Assembly: GCA_977017645.1 (NCBI GenBank)
Contig: OZ360243.1
Span: 62,620,001-62,684,000, forward strand
Direction of reading: 5' to 3'
Length of the DNA stretch: 64,000 nt
Origin: Torpedo marmorata
Lineage: Eukaryota
Shown here: positions 24,723-37,842 of the stretch, one piece after another
How positions within the stretch are numbered: the first letter of the stretch is position 1
Layout: each line of letters starts with the position of its first letter
Notes under the pieces: generated by a model
Database searches by the model: none
Told to the model about the DNA's origin: nothing
What the model saw: the letters and a program-made list of their open reading frames with translations, nothing else
Program-made: the position numbers and the translations under genes

Positions 24723-26939
24723 GACTTCTTGCTTGTTTCTCTGGAATATGGGCTGCATAAGGGAGAGCGAGATCGAGCTCATCGTTATACTCAGTGATAT
24801 CTTTATGAATATTTGAAAATGGAACATATTGAAAAGGCACAAGACCTAGAAATTAGATCATTCCGTGGAGAAACTCGGCTCACTGCAAACTCAAAACCAA
24901 ATAGATTTATCCGAAAATAAAATTCAACAAGATAATTGCATCACTGATTGTTTTAGAGTCCCTTACATTGGGCAGGGTTGACGAGTGTTTTTGTTAGTTA
25001 GGTTATGAGAGAATAGATCGGTTGATGAATCCAGGACGCGAATCCAGGATAAAGCCTCGTGTTCTACCAACGTTCAGAAAGACAATTGAAATATCTTAAA
25101 ATGATTGTCAAATTGGCCAATCCTGTACAACCGCAGTCTTATCTCAACCGGTGAAAGTGCGCCGTGTTGCAACAATGCACATCTTTTAAAATATAATTTA
25201 TAAGATTATGGGGAGTGTATTGGCTACTGTTATTTAAACCTGGACCATGTCGTTCTCTTTCATTTTACGAAGTAGTTCAGAGCCAGTTAAAGGTCTTTTT
25301 CAATGTACTGCTGATGCAGGAAGTCTGCAATGAAAACAGAACATGTTGGAAACAACTCAGCAGGTCGGGCAGTGACTGTGGAAAGTTAATGTTTCAGGTT
25401 CTGATCCCTTTGTACAGAAGAAAGGGTTTGGAGTCCGCTTTGACAAAGGATATGGGATTACAAACACGTCCTGAAATATGGCACTGGAAATGTGGCGACT
25501 CAAGCCTGTGTGAATGTTAGAGATGACCTATTAGACTGCTTGTACAAGGTACTGAATAATGTAACAAATAAACAAGACTTTGTGAACTGCTCCAGACAGA
25601 TCCTCCACTTGCATTATAATCATTCTACTCTCTTGTATCTCCACTCATTGTAACACTATCCGGTCTTCTTGTTTTATTATTGCACTTAAAGGGTTGACTG
25701 GCCTGGATAGCATGCACAACAAATTTGCATCTTAAAAATCAATTCAATTTCCTTTCAATGGATGATACTGTCTGACCTACATAGTGTTTTTATTATTTAA
25801 GAGCCTACAAAGTGTGTAGCTAGAATCACACATTGGCCAGGCTGGGTAAAGATAGCAAGTGTGCCTGACCAAGGGTCAGTGGAGTTGTAAACCCACTGAC
25901 CGAGGTTGGAGGCAGACATGGGCAGTCTGATGGGACCGGTGAGGACTGAACAGAACAGAACCAATCTCCGCATAATCGTTGTCACGTAAAACTGGGCACA
26001 TTTGTGAGCTACCCCTACATTTCTCACCAACTTCAAAGTGTCTGTGTTGGAAGTAAACATTATGCTCAATTTACTTGCACAGAATGTAGAAAATGTAATC
26101 AATGAAAGTGCTCCCCGTCATCCACCCATGCCGACTTCATTCCAGAGTTTCATTGCAAGGTCATTCATGCAACTTTCTGTTGTAAATAAAGAACTCCAAT
26201 TGGCCCCAAGTCATCTCATTTATTTAGTGAAACTCTAGGTCTTTCCAATGAGATCGTGTATACGGCACACGCAGCAGCTGCAACTTAATATATTCAAAAA
26301 TAGTAAAATAGACCATTGAACTCTGCATTTGCACTGTTATTCAATGTGCTGATTTTTCTTCTTTACTTCAGCACCATTGAATCCATACCCTTTATATCCA
26401 AAGATCTGTCTCAGACTAAGCCTCCGCACCTCTCCTCAGGAGAGTATTCCAAAGATTCTCTACCCTCTGGGAGAAGAACTTTCTTTTCATCTCAGCCCTG
26501 AGAACCAAAGTTCTTACTCTGAGACTACCCGCCCTGGTTGTGGGCACCACAGCCATTCAAATCGCCCCCCTTCCCCATGCTTATACCCTGTCAAGCCGTG
26601 TACAAAACTCATAGGTGCAGGAGAAGGCCATTCAACCCTTTGAACCTGCACCACCAGTCAATACAATCATGGCTGATTATATGACATCTGTACCCAATTC
26701 CAGCTGTCTTTCCATACTCCTTAATCCCCTCATTCGGCTCACATCCAACTCCCTCATGAGTAAATCTAATGAACCAGCCTCAACTTCTGAGTTCTACAAG
26801 CTCACGACTGAGTATCCTCATCACAGTCTGAAATGGTTTGCCCCTTTTCTTTCAACTGTGACTCCTTGTTCCCCAACACCAAGAACATTTCAATCATGAT
26901 TTCATTAAGATTATAATTTGACAATGAAGGAAGCAATAT

Positions 26940-27290
26940 AGAAGTCCAGTCCATGATTTTGCTCAAACAATTCTGTTGGGCAGATGCCCAACATCAGACT
27001 CCGGAAATGAACAGTTTTCTCTGGTCTTCCTCAGCAAGGAGTTGGAAGAGAGAAAATGCTTCAAGCATGTTCTCAAAGACTGAAAAGATGCAACATCCTC
27101 ACTGACTCAAGGTCGAGGTCCAGTCAAAATGGAAAGACACTCAGCATAGAGTTTATACAAGGGGTGCAGACAGTGGAAGGGAAACACTTGGACAGCCACA
27201 ACCATGGAAGGGTCTTCTTTGCACCTACCACCTCCATACACCGAGACCAATGCTGGAAGCAACTCGGCCTCACCCTTGAGGAACTGCTTA
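26940..27290 (+). mobile_element. Highly degenerate RTE LINE 3' fragment
   Basis: Remnant peptides MPNIRL.., FKHVLK.LKRCNILTD typical of the RTE ORF C-terminus. Confidence 0.5.
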
Positions 27291-28019
27291 AGGTGGTAAT
27301 ACAAATCCAAACTGCCACGTCCTGAGGCAAGCTAAACCCCCACCCTCTGCTCCCACTGACTCTGAGCAGCACCATTGAACCAATGGCATATTGGAGGCAG
27401 AGTTCAGAACTGCTCCATATTAAACAAGGTCACCAACATGTGGGACAAATAACCCACATGCACCTGAGCTTCACCTTTAGGTGACAGCGAGTGAGCCAAG
27501 CTGCATTTATACAAAAATAACTTCAACCTAAAGAAAGCTGAACTCACTGAAAGCCACCATGCCATTACTCTTCAGGTCTGAGGTTGGAGCTCAGGCCTAA
27601 TAAGTAATGGAGGAAGAGGAACCATTACCTTGTCAAGTCCTTTCCTGCCTCTCCTCCACCCTATAAGCAGGACTTGCAAAGAGGAGGGAACGTGTGTTTA
27701 TTGTCAGGTGTACCAAGACACAGTGTGAAGCTTTGCTAAGCATCCTGTCCATTTGCACTTAGGTATTGGCTGGGAGGAGAGTTTGAAAAGAATCCATCCC
27801 AAATCTTGAGGAACTGTCATCAGGCAGATGTTTTGCAACGGTTGCTCACGATAATTGCAGTCTGTTCACATTTTTTTTTTTTTTTTTTTTTTTAAATTGT
27901 TACCTCTTTTCCTCTCCCACCACCGATTCCTTCCTTGGGCACCAACCGCCAGGGGGAGCAAACGAGCAGCACAAGTTGATTGGTCTTCCAAAGTTTCCAG
28001 CTCTCTCTCCCCACTGCCA

Positions 28020-30140
28020 AGTGCTTCCCAAAAATTCCCTCACCGAGGTCAGGATTTCACGGCCCATCAATGGGGGGGGGGGGGGGGGGGGGGGGGAAAG
28101 CGGCCAAACAACAACGACGAAATGCAAGTATTCATAAAGACAATTTTCAATCCGTTATAAAGTAATCCCTACTTTAACAAATATCACACATTCAATCCCT
28201 CTCGCCCTCAATCCCAGATGATTCTTAAGGCATTAATGGGAATCACCTGGTAGGATTGAGAGATTCGGATATCTCACTCTGGGAAATGCAGGTTTTGTGT
28301 TCTTGAGTTATCAAACTCTACGCCAGAAGTATTTTATAATAATTATACCATTAGCTCATTGTGGCGGCGATTCGGTCCCGCGAAGTTATACAATTTCGCA
28401 CCTTCCAACGGCAGCCCCCTTGTAACCACAGGTGGGTTGGTCAATGCATTGGTTCAATGAAAACGATACACAATTCCGCGCCAAGTTCCATCCGCCTTAC
28501 ACTCCCTCCGTTCTCTCCCCCACCCCCCCCCCCCCCCCCCCCGGGAGAGAATGTATCTGTCGCTGTACAAAGGCTTGTTACTGTCAGCGTTCGTGTTTAG
28601 GTTGGGAAAGGGCAGTTTGATTTAGCCCAGGTAAGAGAGGGGTGAAGAGTTGTCGGCACGCGTTGCTGGCCGGGGCGCAACTGGCAACGCGAAGACCTGA
28701 CGCTGGAAGTTGCAACAAGGAAGCGAGGAAAGTTTGCAGTCTTGCCGAACTCGCCAAAGCACCACGAGTTCCTAATCAGATGCCGTAAGTGGACGCACGC
28801 CGATTTCTGTGCCAAGGTAGTAATTTCAGGTCGAAAGGACACCCGAGCGGCGTCACCGAGAGACCCAGTCTTGCGGGTACTCACTCAAACCGACTCGGGT
28901 TTTTTTTAAAATAATAAAACCGCACAAATATCAATGTACCATCAGATCCTTAGCCAGTGAATAAAGGTGGCAAACGGTATCTGATTTACCTCTCTACCAG
29001 TAACTAAAATCTACACCCAGGCAACTGCCATCAAGGTAGATTAAAATTGTTCAGTGACTTATCTTCCACACACACGCTTTCGGGTAACTTGAGTAAAAAA
29101 ATTTGGGGATAACATTAAACTTACCTGCCCCACAGGAGGGAGGGTAGCGAGTTTCCCCAACAACACACGTCTCTGAGCTCGCAACTTCTCCCGCGACTGT
29201 CTCGCTATCACAGACCCAAGAGGGTGCCTTCGTTCTGTAACAAACCTCGACTGCTCGAATTTAACGAAGGATTTTTTTTTCCTCGCGGTGGGTTTGTGCA
29301 CACGTCAGGTGCATGCCAGGAAACAAGAAAGAAGGGAGAGACTTTCTGAGTGTTTTGAATACTGATCAGCTTAACTGACTCATCCACAGCACTTTGTCAA
29401 CATTAGCGCTCAGGAAGCATTTTATAAACACAAATAAGCCCTGGAAGTTGGTAGTGCAACGGGAACCACGTCGAACGCCTCAAACAAAGAACACAATTGG
29501 CTAATTGCTGGGAGATGGGGTTAATACGGATGGGTGTGCCCATTCGTAGTTGTGGCTGAATAGCCCGTATCCCTCACAAAACAACGCGTGGGGAGTTAAT
29601 GCACAGAGTGAACCCGGTGCAAGTCAGCCAGAATACACTTGCTACACGGTGATTGGAAGGTCAGGTCTCAATTGCCCCGAACTCGATAGACCGGAGTGCA
29701 AGGCATTAAGAAGAAGAGGAACTCGTTTTTCAGAATTGTCCTTAAACTGTTCATTGCTCTGCCTGGTTCTTGCTTTTATTTTCTTTAACCCGCTACATAT
29801 TTATAGAATCTTGCAATGTAGTCCCTCTGCTGTCAAACACATAATTTACTGTCATGCGTTCACGGTCTGGCTCTGTTGGACCGTTGCACACATGGAGAAC
29901 TCCCTCAAGGCGTCGTCGCGCCACGGGTAAGGTGTTCGGTTCTATTAAAGTTTATAATTATAATTTTTTTTTAAAGACAACACATTTGTGATATAATTAC
30001 ACACATCTTCACCTGCAGCAGGTCAAACTCCATGTCGCAGGCTGATTCCCTCTACTAATTTTAAAAAACAACCATGCAAACAGATAGGCATGATCACTGG
30101 AGAACCAAACGATGCGTTCAGGTCGATCGATCTGAACTAA
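28020..30140. promoter_or_regulatory. CpG-rich unique island, candidate bidirectional promoter
   Basis: Dense CpGs, G and C homopolymers, outward-facing strong splice donors (29125 minus, 29926 plus). Confidence 0.5.
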
Positions 30141-33100
30141 GGTGCTATCTTGACATTACGTGACAATAATGGAACCTTTACCTTTACCTGGAGAATACTT
30201 CTTTTCTGTTTTATTCCAGCATTTTGCTAAGCATGGATCAAAACAACCGCTTAATTGCAACATTAATTAACACATCTGCTTGGTGTTGAAAAAAATATTC
30301 GCAGAATTTTTTTCCAATCGCAGAGGTGAAATGCAAGGTTTTAACCATGCTTCGCAAAACAATCTCAGCAACAGCACATTTAAAGTTGTGGTTATCCTGA
30401 TAGAGGAAGGATGCCATTGAGTTGGAAAGGGTGCAGGAAAGGTTCACAAGGATGTTACCAGGATTGGAGGGCTTGAGTTATAAGGAGAGACTATAAACTG
30501 GGACTTTTACCCTGTGACACAAAGGAGGTTGAGGAGTGAGAGATTTATAAACTCAAGAGAGGTACAAATAAGGTCAGAGCCTTTTTCCCAAGGTAGGGAA
30601 TCTGAGGGCATAGGTTTAAGAAGAGGGAAAAAATTCATAGGGGAATTGAGGAGCAACTTTTTCCACACAGTGGGCAGCAGATATTTGGAATGAGTTGCCG
30701 GAGGAAATGGTGGAGATGAGTACAATTATGACTTTAAAAGACATTTGGACAGATTTGTGGCTCGGAATGACTTTGCAACCATTGTCAATGGGGGCCGTAT
30801 GTCCCCACTGGGGGCCGCAGCACATTTAAAGGGGACACAGACTGATATAATAAAATAATTTTCTGGTTTTTATGTAGTCTGTAGGAGAGAAGGGCGGAAG
30901 AAAGCAAAACTTGACCGCTGCACAGGGAATGGGGGGTCTATAAACGTTGGGCGGAATCCTAAGGGGGCCATGGCTGATAAAAAGGTTGAGAATGGCTGTT
31001 TTAAAGGGATATAAGCCATACGCAGGCAAATGGGACTAACTCAGGTCGAAAACTCGGCATGGATGAGTTGAGCTGTCTAACTCTACGACTGACAATAACC
31101 AACGTCGGGGTGCAGTACTCACTGGACAGCACTATGTCATACTATGTAATTATGAAATGTTGGTAAGAAGAGGATGCGTGGTTAGCGTTGTGGTTAGCGC
31201 AACGCTATTACAGCGCCAGCGACCTGGATTCGAATCCAGCGCTGTCTGTAAAGAGTTTGTATGTCCTCCTTGTGTCTGCGTGGGTTTTCTCCAGGTGCTT
31301 CGGTTTCCTCCCACGTTCCAAAGATGTATGGGGTTAGAAGGTTAATTGGTCAGTGCGGGCTCGTTGGCCAGAAAGGCCTGTTACCATGCTGTATCTCCAA
31401 TAATAAAAATAAATAAATCTGCTCCCTTCAAATCTGTCGAACTAACAGCAAAGAATTGCATGTTTGGATTTTTAACTATTGGTTTTCGTTACACCATTCT
31501 TGCAGGAAGGAAGAGGAAACACTTGGAGTGGGTAGAGGAGAGATTTACCAGGAAGCTGTCAAGGCTGGAAACCTGGCCTGGATCTGAAAAATGAACTGCT
31601 TCTCTTTCCGCAGATACTGCCTGAGAAGTTTCCAGCATTTTCTGTTTTCAATACTTGAAAATTTTTGGGCGCAGAAGAAAGTGCAGGGGAACGAAGATGG
31701 AAGAGATCTAATTGAGGAGCAGAGAAAAGGAAGGATTTCTTTCTCTCAGCAGATGGGACATGCAAGGGAATTTAACTTTGCCAGCTTTAGAAGAAGCAAC
31801 ACAGCGCATGCATATGAATGTGTGCATGTGTATATGGACATTTGTGTGTGTATATGGGTATGTGTGTACATATAGAAGCATAAAACACAACAGCACAGAA
31901 ACAGGCCCTTCAGCCCATCTAGTCTGTGCCAAACTATTATTCTGCCTCGTCCCACTGACCTGCAACCAGGCCATAGCCCTCCATACCCCTCCCATCCATG
32001 TACTTACCCAAACTTTTCTTAAATGTCAAAATTGAGCCCGCATTCACCACTTCAGCTGGCAGCTCATTCCACACGTTCACCACTATGTGTGTGTGCACCT
32101 AAATGGGTGTGTGCATCCAAAAGGAGTCAAACAAGAAAATCTGCAGACGCTGTGATTGTAGTTAACACAAAAATGCTGGAGAAACTCAGCAAGTCACGCA
32201 GCGTTCTTTATGTAGCAAAGATAAGATTCAAGATTATTTTATTGTCATGTAATAAAACAGAAAATGTAATATTACATGAAATTTCCTTTAGTCTACTGTA
32301 AGGCAGACGAAGATTCACCATCAGCAGAAATTGCCCATCACCCTTTACAGTCAGAGAAAGAGAAGCAAAAGTGAGTCCTCCCATGGATTCACCTCCAGCG
32401 CTCCCACAGCCTCTGCAGCCGCACAGACTTTAGTCCAAACCATCGGCAAACCTCCAGATCCAAACCTCTGACACGATCAGGAAGCCTTCAGCACCCTCTT
32501 CCATCCATAACCAATGTTTTGGGCCTGAGCCCTTTGTCAAGATATGAGCAAAAAGCAGGTATAAAATGGTGGGGCGGGGGGGGGGCGCAGGGGGAGGAGC
32601 ACATAATAAACATAGATTATAGATCTGGATTTTCACATAGTCACTGGATTGTTGGGGATTTTCTTACCCCGTCTGGTGCACTTTCCCTGCTTAGCAGAGA
32701 AGTCAGTAACCAGGAGGCCATTGGTTTAAAGTAAGTGGTGGAAGAATTAGGAAAGGGCTGATGATAAGAAAAAAATACTGTTGTGAATACTTGTCCTGCA
32801 TATGTATTGTTTGTCTGTATGTGTGTTATGTCTGGTTGAGTGTCTGCGTGATTTGCACCGAGGACCGGAGAACGCTGTTTCGTCGGGTTGTACTTGTGCA
32901 ATAAGATGACAATAAACTTGATTCTATCCCCTGCCTGTTCAGGTGTCTGTCTAAATGCCTCTTAAACATTTACATCACCAACTCTGGCAGTATGTTCAAA
33001 GCACCTGTGCAAAAAAAAACTTGCCTCACAAATCTCCTTTAAACATTCCCCCTGTCACCTTAAATCTGCGTGCTCTAGTATTTGACATTTCTACCCTGGG

Positions 33101-35292
33101 AAAAAGACAATTTACCCAACAGTGTGCCACTTAGAATTTTATTTACCTCAATTAGGTCTCAATTCAGTTTCCAGAAAAATGCCCAGTCAAGTTTGGAAAT
33201 TCGAATGAACAGCAATGAAGAAAGCTGCAGAGAGAGGCAAACCTAGTCAAGCCCATCTGGAACAGATACAATAGACGTGTTTAAGAGCTTCTAGATAGAC
33301 ACATGAAAATACGGGGAACAGAGGGATATCTATCACCTGGGTTTATGGTTTATACTGTATGTGCTGTTCAGCTTTCCTTGTGCTTCAGGTTAGAATTTTG
33401 GCTGGGTTGCCAGTTCTGTTTGGAGGCAGTCCTGGAAGATCTTTAACGTGACATTCCACTTCCCATCTCCACACTCTGACATTCAATGCCAAAATGGAAA
33501 GCAGACGATTTCTTCCACCACCATGGTAACTAATAAACAAAGTTACAAAGAAATTTTAAAAAAAAGTAAAGCTCCTGTTATTTCTCTTGTGAGTTGCAAT
33601 CAGTGTCCCAGAAATTAAATTTCATTTCCTAAATATTCCAATCCACTCTGGAGGTTTGGCAACTTAGTTAAAGAACTGTAATAACATCTTCAATTTATGT
33701 AGCATTTCCAAGTTCACATTTATTGACACGTGCACCAAGATGCAGAACAGAGGTTGTTTTGGGAGCAGATCTGTAGACATCTCATACATAATGTACAGTC
33801 AGCATACAGGAGGGAGATTGAAAACTTGGCTGAATGGTGCACCAACAACAACCTCAAACTTAATGTCACCAAAACCAAATAGCTGATTGTTCACTTCAGG
33901 AATGAAAAACCAGAGGTGTATGATCCAGCGATCAATGGGTGATCAGAGGTGGAGAGGGTGAGCAAATTTAAGTTCTTGGGAGCCACTATCTTGGAGGATC
34001 TTTCCTAGACCCGACACACAAATGGCATCATGAAGAAAGCACGTCAGCGCCTCTACATCCTCAGGAGTTTGCGGAGGTTTGGTATGACACCAAAAACCCT
34101 GGCAATTTTTTACAGATGTGTGGTGGAAAGTGCGCTGACCGGCTGCATCACGGCCTGGTATGGGGACACCAATACCCCTGAGTGTAAAGCCCTGCAAAAG
34201 GTAGTAGACACAGCCCAGGACATCACAGGTGAAACCCCACCATCGAGAACATCTACAGGGATTGCTGCCATCGGAGAGCAGCAACAATCATCAAGGATCC
34301 ACACCACCCAACACACGCTCTGTTCTTGCTGCTACCATCAGGAAAGCGGGATAGGTGCCACAAGACTCACACCACCAGGTTCAGGAACAGCTGCTACTTC
34401 TCCACCATCAGACTCCTCAACAGGTGCGTAGCCAGGTTTTAACATTAGGGAGAGTGAGCACATAATAAAGGCGCCACAACAACTGTTCCCTCAAAGTTGT
34501 GCACATGTGCGCGCGCGCACACGTTTTGCAACCAGCGCACAAAGGAAATTAATGTGCACACATCCACGAAGCATACCAAATAATTTTAAATTCATTATAC
34601 ATTTTTATTTTGTATTTAACAAAGCAACTACAACAGCCTCTTTCATCTCGGCTTCATTCTAGCAAAGCTCAGGGTACCATCGGGAATCTTTCCCCCTCCG
34701 CTCTAAGCCCTCCACCCTCCCCACTCTCTCCTGCCTAAAGTCCCACTCTCCTCCTCCCCAACCCACCCACCCCCTCCTCCATCCCTTCCTTCTCTCCCAC
34801 CAATTTTTTTCTCTCTGTATTGCACAGTCAGTTTGTTTACATTTCTTTATTTGTTTACATGTGTACATTGAGTACAGTTTATTTTGCACTTCCAATAAGT
34901 GGTAATTCTGCCTCGCCTGCAGGAAAAATAATCTCAGGGTTGTATGTGATGTCATGTATGTACTCTGACAATAAATCTGAAATATGAGTACGTAAGATAC
35001 AGTTGAAAAGTATAATTGTGCAGAATTACAGAGAGAGTGTGATCAGTTGATATGGGCTAAGGCAACATAATTTTACTATTTTGGGGTTCATTCAGGAGTT
35101 TGATAACGGTGGGTAAGAAGCTGTCCTTGAATTTGCTGGTGCATGATCTCATACTCGTGAATCTTCTCCCTGACAGGAGGAGGGTGAAGAGAGTGTGGCT
35201 GGGGAGGGATGAGTCTTTTAACATGCTGGCCGCTTTTCCAAGGCAGTGAAAGTTATAGGTGGAGTCGATGGAGGGGAAGGTGGAGTTACGTG

Positions 35293-36488
35293 TGTTACGA
35301 ACTAACAAACCTTGCTAGTACTAACAAAGGAACAGCAATGGAAGATTATTCACCAGACAATGGTAAATTCAAAAATAGTTTTTATTTAAACTATTAATAA
35401 CATAACATATCTTATTTATCTCTAAACTTAACTCTAACATAAACCCCACTATGCGCAAATGTAAATGTGTGTGTGTTAAAGTCCAAACTATTTCAGTTTA
35501 AACTTAAATCTGAAAAAGTCAATTTTTAAAGTCCAGTTTCCAACTTCTGTTGTTGAACTTCAGGATCCCTTTAAATTGTGATTCAGAAGTTATTATAAAG
35601 CAAGAATGGAGCATTTGATTTCTTTCAAATTCACATGTCTTTTGATGAGTTGTCTTTCAGAAATAGTCTTCATACGAGTGTGGTCACAAGTTTCCCCCTA
35701 TCTTGTTAAGGTTACGGAACTGTGATCTTCAAGATGATTTCTTTCTTAATCAGGAGTAACATACGCTGATGTCCTCTTTTCTTAGAAGCAATTTGAAAGT
35801 GGTTTTACTTATTTTAAAAGCCACTTATATGGTGTATCTCCTATGATAAGGATAATACACAGAAACAGCACCTCTATCCACTCAGAGATCACTGCTCATA
35901 AAGTAATTTTGTCTTTCCAGAATGTTAAAGTTTCTTCAGAATGCTTCAAAATCTTTGTCTTTCCAAAGCGTCAGAGTTTCTCCAGTCTGGTTCAGTCTGT
36001 TTTAAAATGTCTCTCCTTCTTCAGTAATATATCTCTCTGACATCATGTGACATTACATCACCACAGTTTTTGTTTCATTTTCAAAAGCATTACCTCATGC
36101 CTTTCTTCAAAATTACTTACATCCACAAAAACATCTGACCTCATCTCTATTCCAAGATTATAAGTGGTTACGACTCCCAATAGTCTGGCACATGTCACTC
36201 AAATGGCACTTGAGTTTACAACAGCTGCTATCATAAGGCTTTTAAAAACCACACTCTGTCCTTAAATCACTTAAATGCACTTCTTTTCATTATTGGCTTT
36301 TGTCTTCCAAGACGCGACGGCTCCAAAAGACTCCCAGCTGCAATTTCTTTCTCTCAGTAATAGTTTTCTTCTGCAAATGTGCTGTGACCTGTGTGTGACC
36401 CTGTACCAGCCCACAACTAACCTTACTAAGATACATAATTCCATAACTTAACTTTAAATATTAATATTAACATTAACACATCCGTTAC
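35293..36488. mobile_element. Solo LTR (~1.2 kb) inserted in an old LINE
   Basis: TGTTACG...CGTTACA termini; TSD CGTG/CATG; LINE sequence resumes on both sides; shares AACCCCACTA with the other long LTRs. Confidence 0.75.
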
Positions 36489-37842
36489 ACATGTAATGGC
36501 CTGAGCTGTGTTTACAACTCTTTACAATATCCTGCGCTCTTGGGTAGAGCAGTTCCCGTCCCACACAGTGATGCACCCTAAAAGGTTACTTTCAATGGTG
36601 CTTCTGTAGAAATTGTTAAGGGACATTGGTGATGTTCCAGATTTCAAGTCAAGTCAAGTTTATTATCATCTGATTGCACAAGTACAACCCAATGAAACAG
36701 CGTTCTCCGGTCCTTGGTGCAAAATGTGCAGATACACAACCAGACATAACACACACTCAAACAAACAATACATATGCAGGACAAGTATTCACATATACAA
36801 ATAAATAAATCAATATTGTTTCATAAATATGAGAGTCTCGGATGGTTAGTATGAGCAGTTCCTTTGGTCATTCAGCATCCTCACTGTCCGTGGGAAGAAG
36901 CTGTTTCTCAGCCTGTATCTCTTCCCCGATGGGAGCAGCTGAAAGATGCTGTGTGTGGGGTGGAAGGCGTCCTCAATGATTTTGCGCGCCCTCTTCAGAC
37001 AACGATCCCGGTAGAATACGTCGATGTGGGGGGGAGGGAGACCTAGTCATCCTCTCACTTATGGTGAGGTTCCTCACTTATGGTGAGGAACTAAAGGTGG
37101 TGGTTCAATTTCCTGGTCATTGCATAGGTGTGGGTGGACCAGGACAGGTCACTGGAGATATTTAGGCCTTGCAACTTAAAGCTGTTCACTATCTCTACCT
37201 CAGTACTGTTGATGCTCCGTCCCACCTCCAGAAGCCTAAAACCAGCTCCTTGGTCTTGCTGTCATTGTGGGAGAGATCTTTGTCCTAGCTAAAATCCACA
37301 AGTCCTTCTATTTCTCTTCTGCACTCCGCTTCATCCTTGTAAGAGATCCTGCCTATGAAGGTGGAGTCATCTACAAATTTATAGATGGAGTTGGAGCTGC
37401 ATTTGACTACACAGTCATGGATGTACAGGGAGAATTGTGGGGGTTGAGTGCATAGCCTTGTTTTCAAGGTAATGGAATGACCTAAGACTTGTAGCAAGTG
37501 TTAAAAAACAAGACTCTGGTGGCCCATGACTTGGTATACAGAAAATTTATCAGGACTGCTGATTTAAAGGTAGGTAAAAAAGTGTTCCAAAGAGGAAAAT
37601 TAGAGAAAAAAATTCTAGATCTAAGGGCTTTAGCAGCTGAAAGGAGAGCTCCCAATTGTGGAATTAAAATTAGAGGTGTGCAGGAAGGCAGAATTGAAGA
37701 TGTAGAAAGCTTGTATGAATGGAAGCGATTGCACAGAATAATGATTGGGTAGAGGTGAGGGAGAGGTGCCAGGGAATGACTTGCAAACAGTTTTGGTCAC
37801 CGTGCTGCAGGAAAAATGTCGTCAAGCTGGAGAGGGTGTAGA

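Noticed and set aside
27186-27300. PPPY-containing peptide (MEGSSLHLPPPYTET) as a host exon
   Set aside because: Lies within a degenerate RTE 3' region and lacks convincing splice sites
23138-28542. Long G/C homopolymers as functional G-quadruplex elements or poly-Gly/Pro coding
   Set aside because: Simple runs of uncertain assembled length; no independent support
34421-34660. Complete DNA transposon inside a Rex1 fragment
   Set aside because: hAT-like left ends are visible but I found no matching right end or TSD
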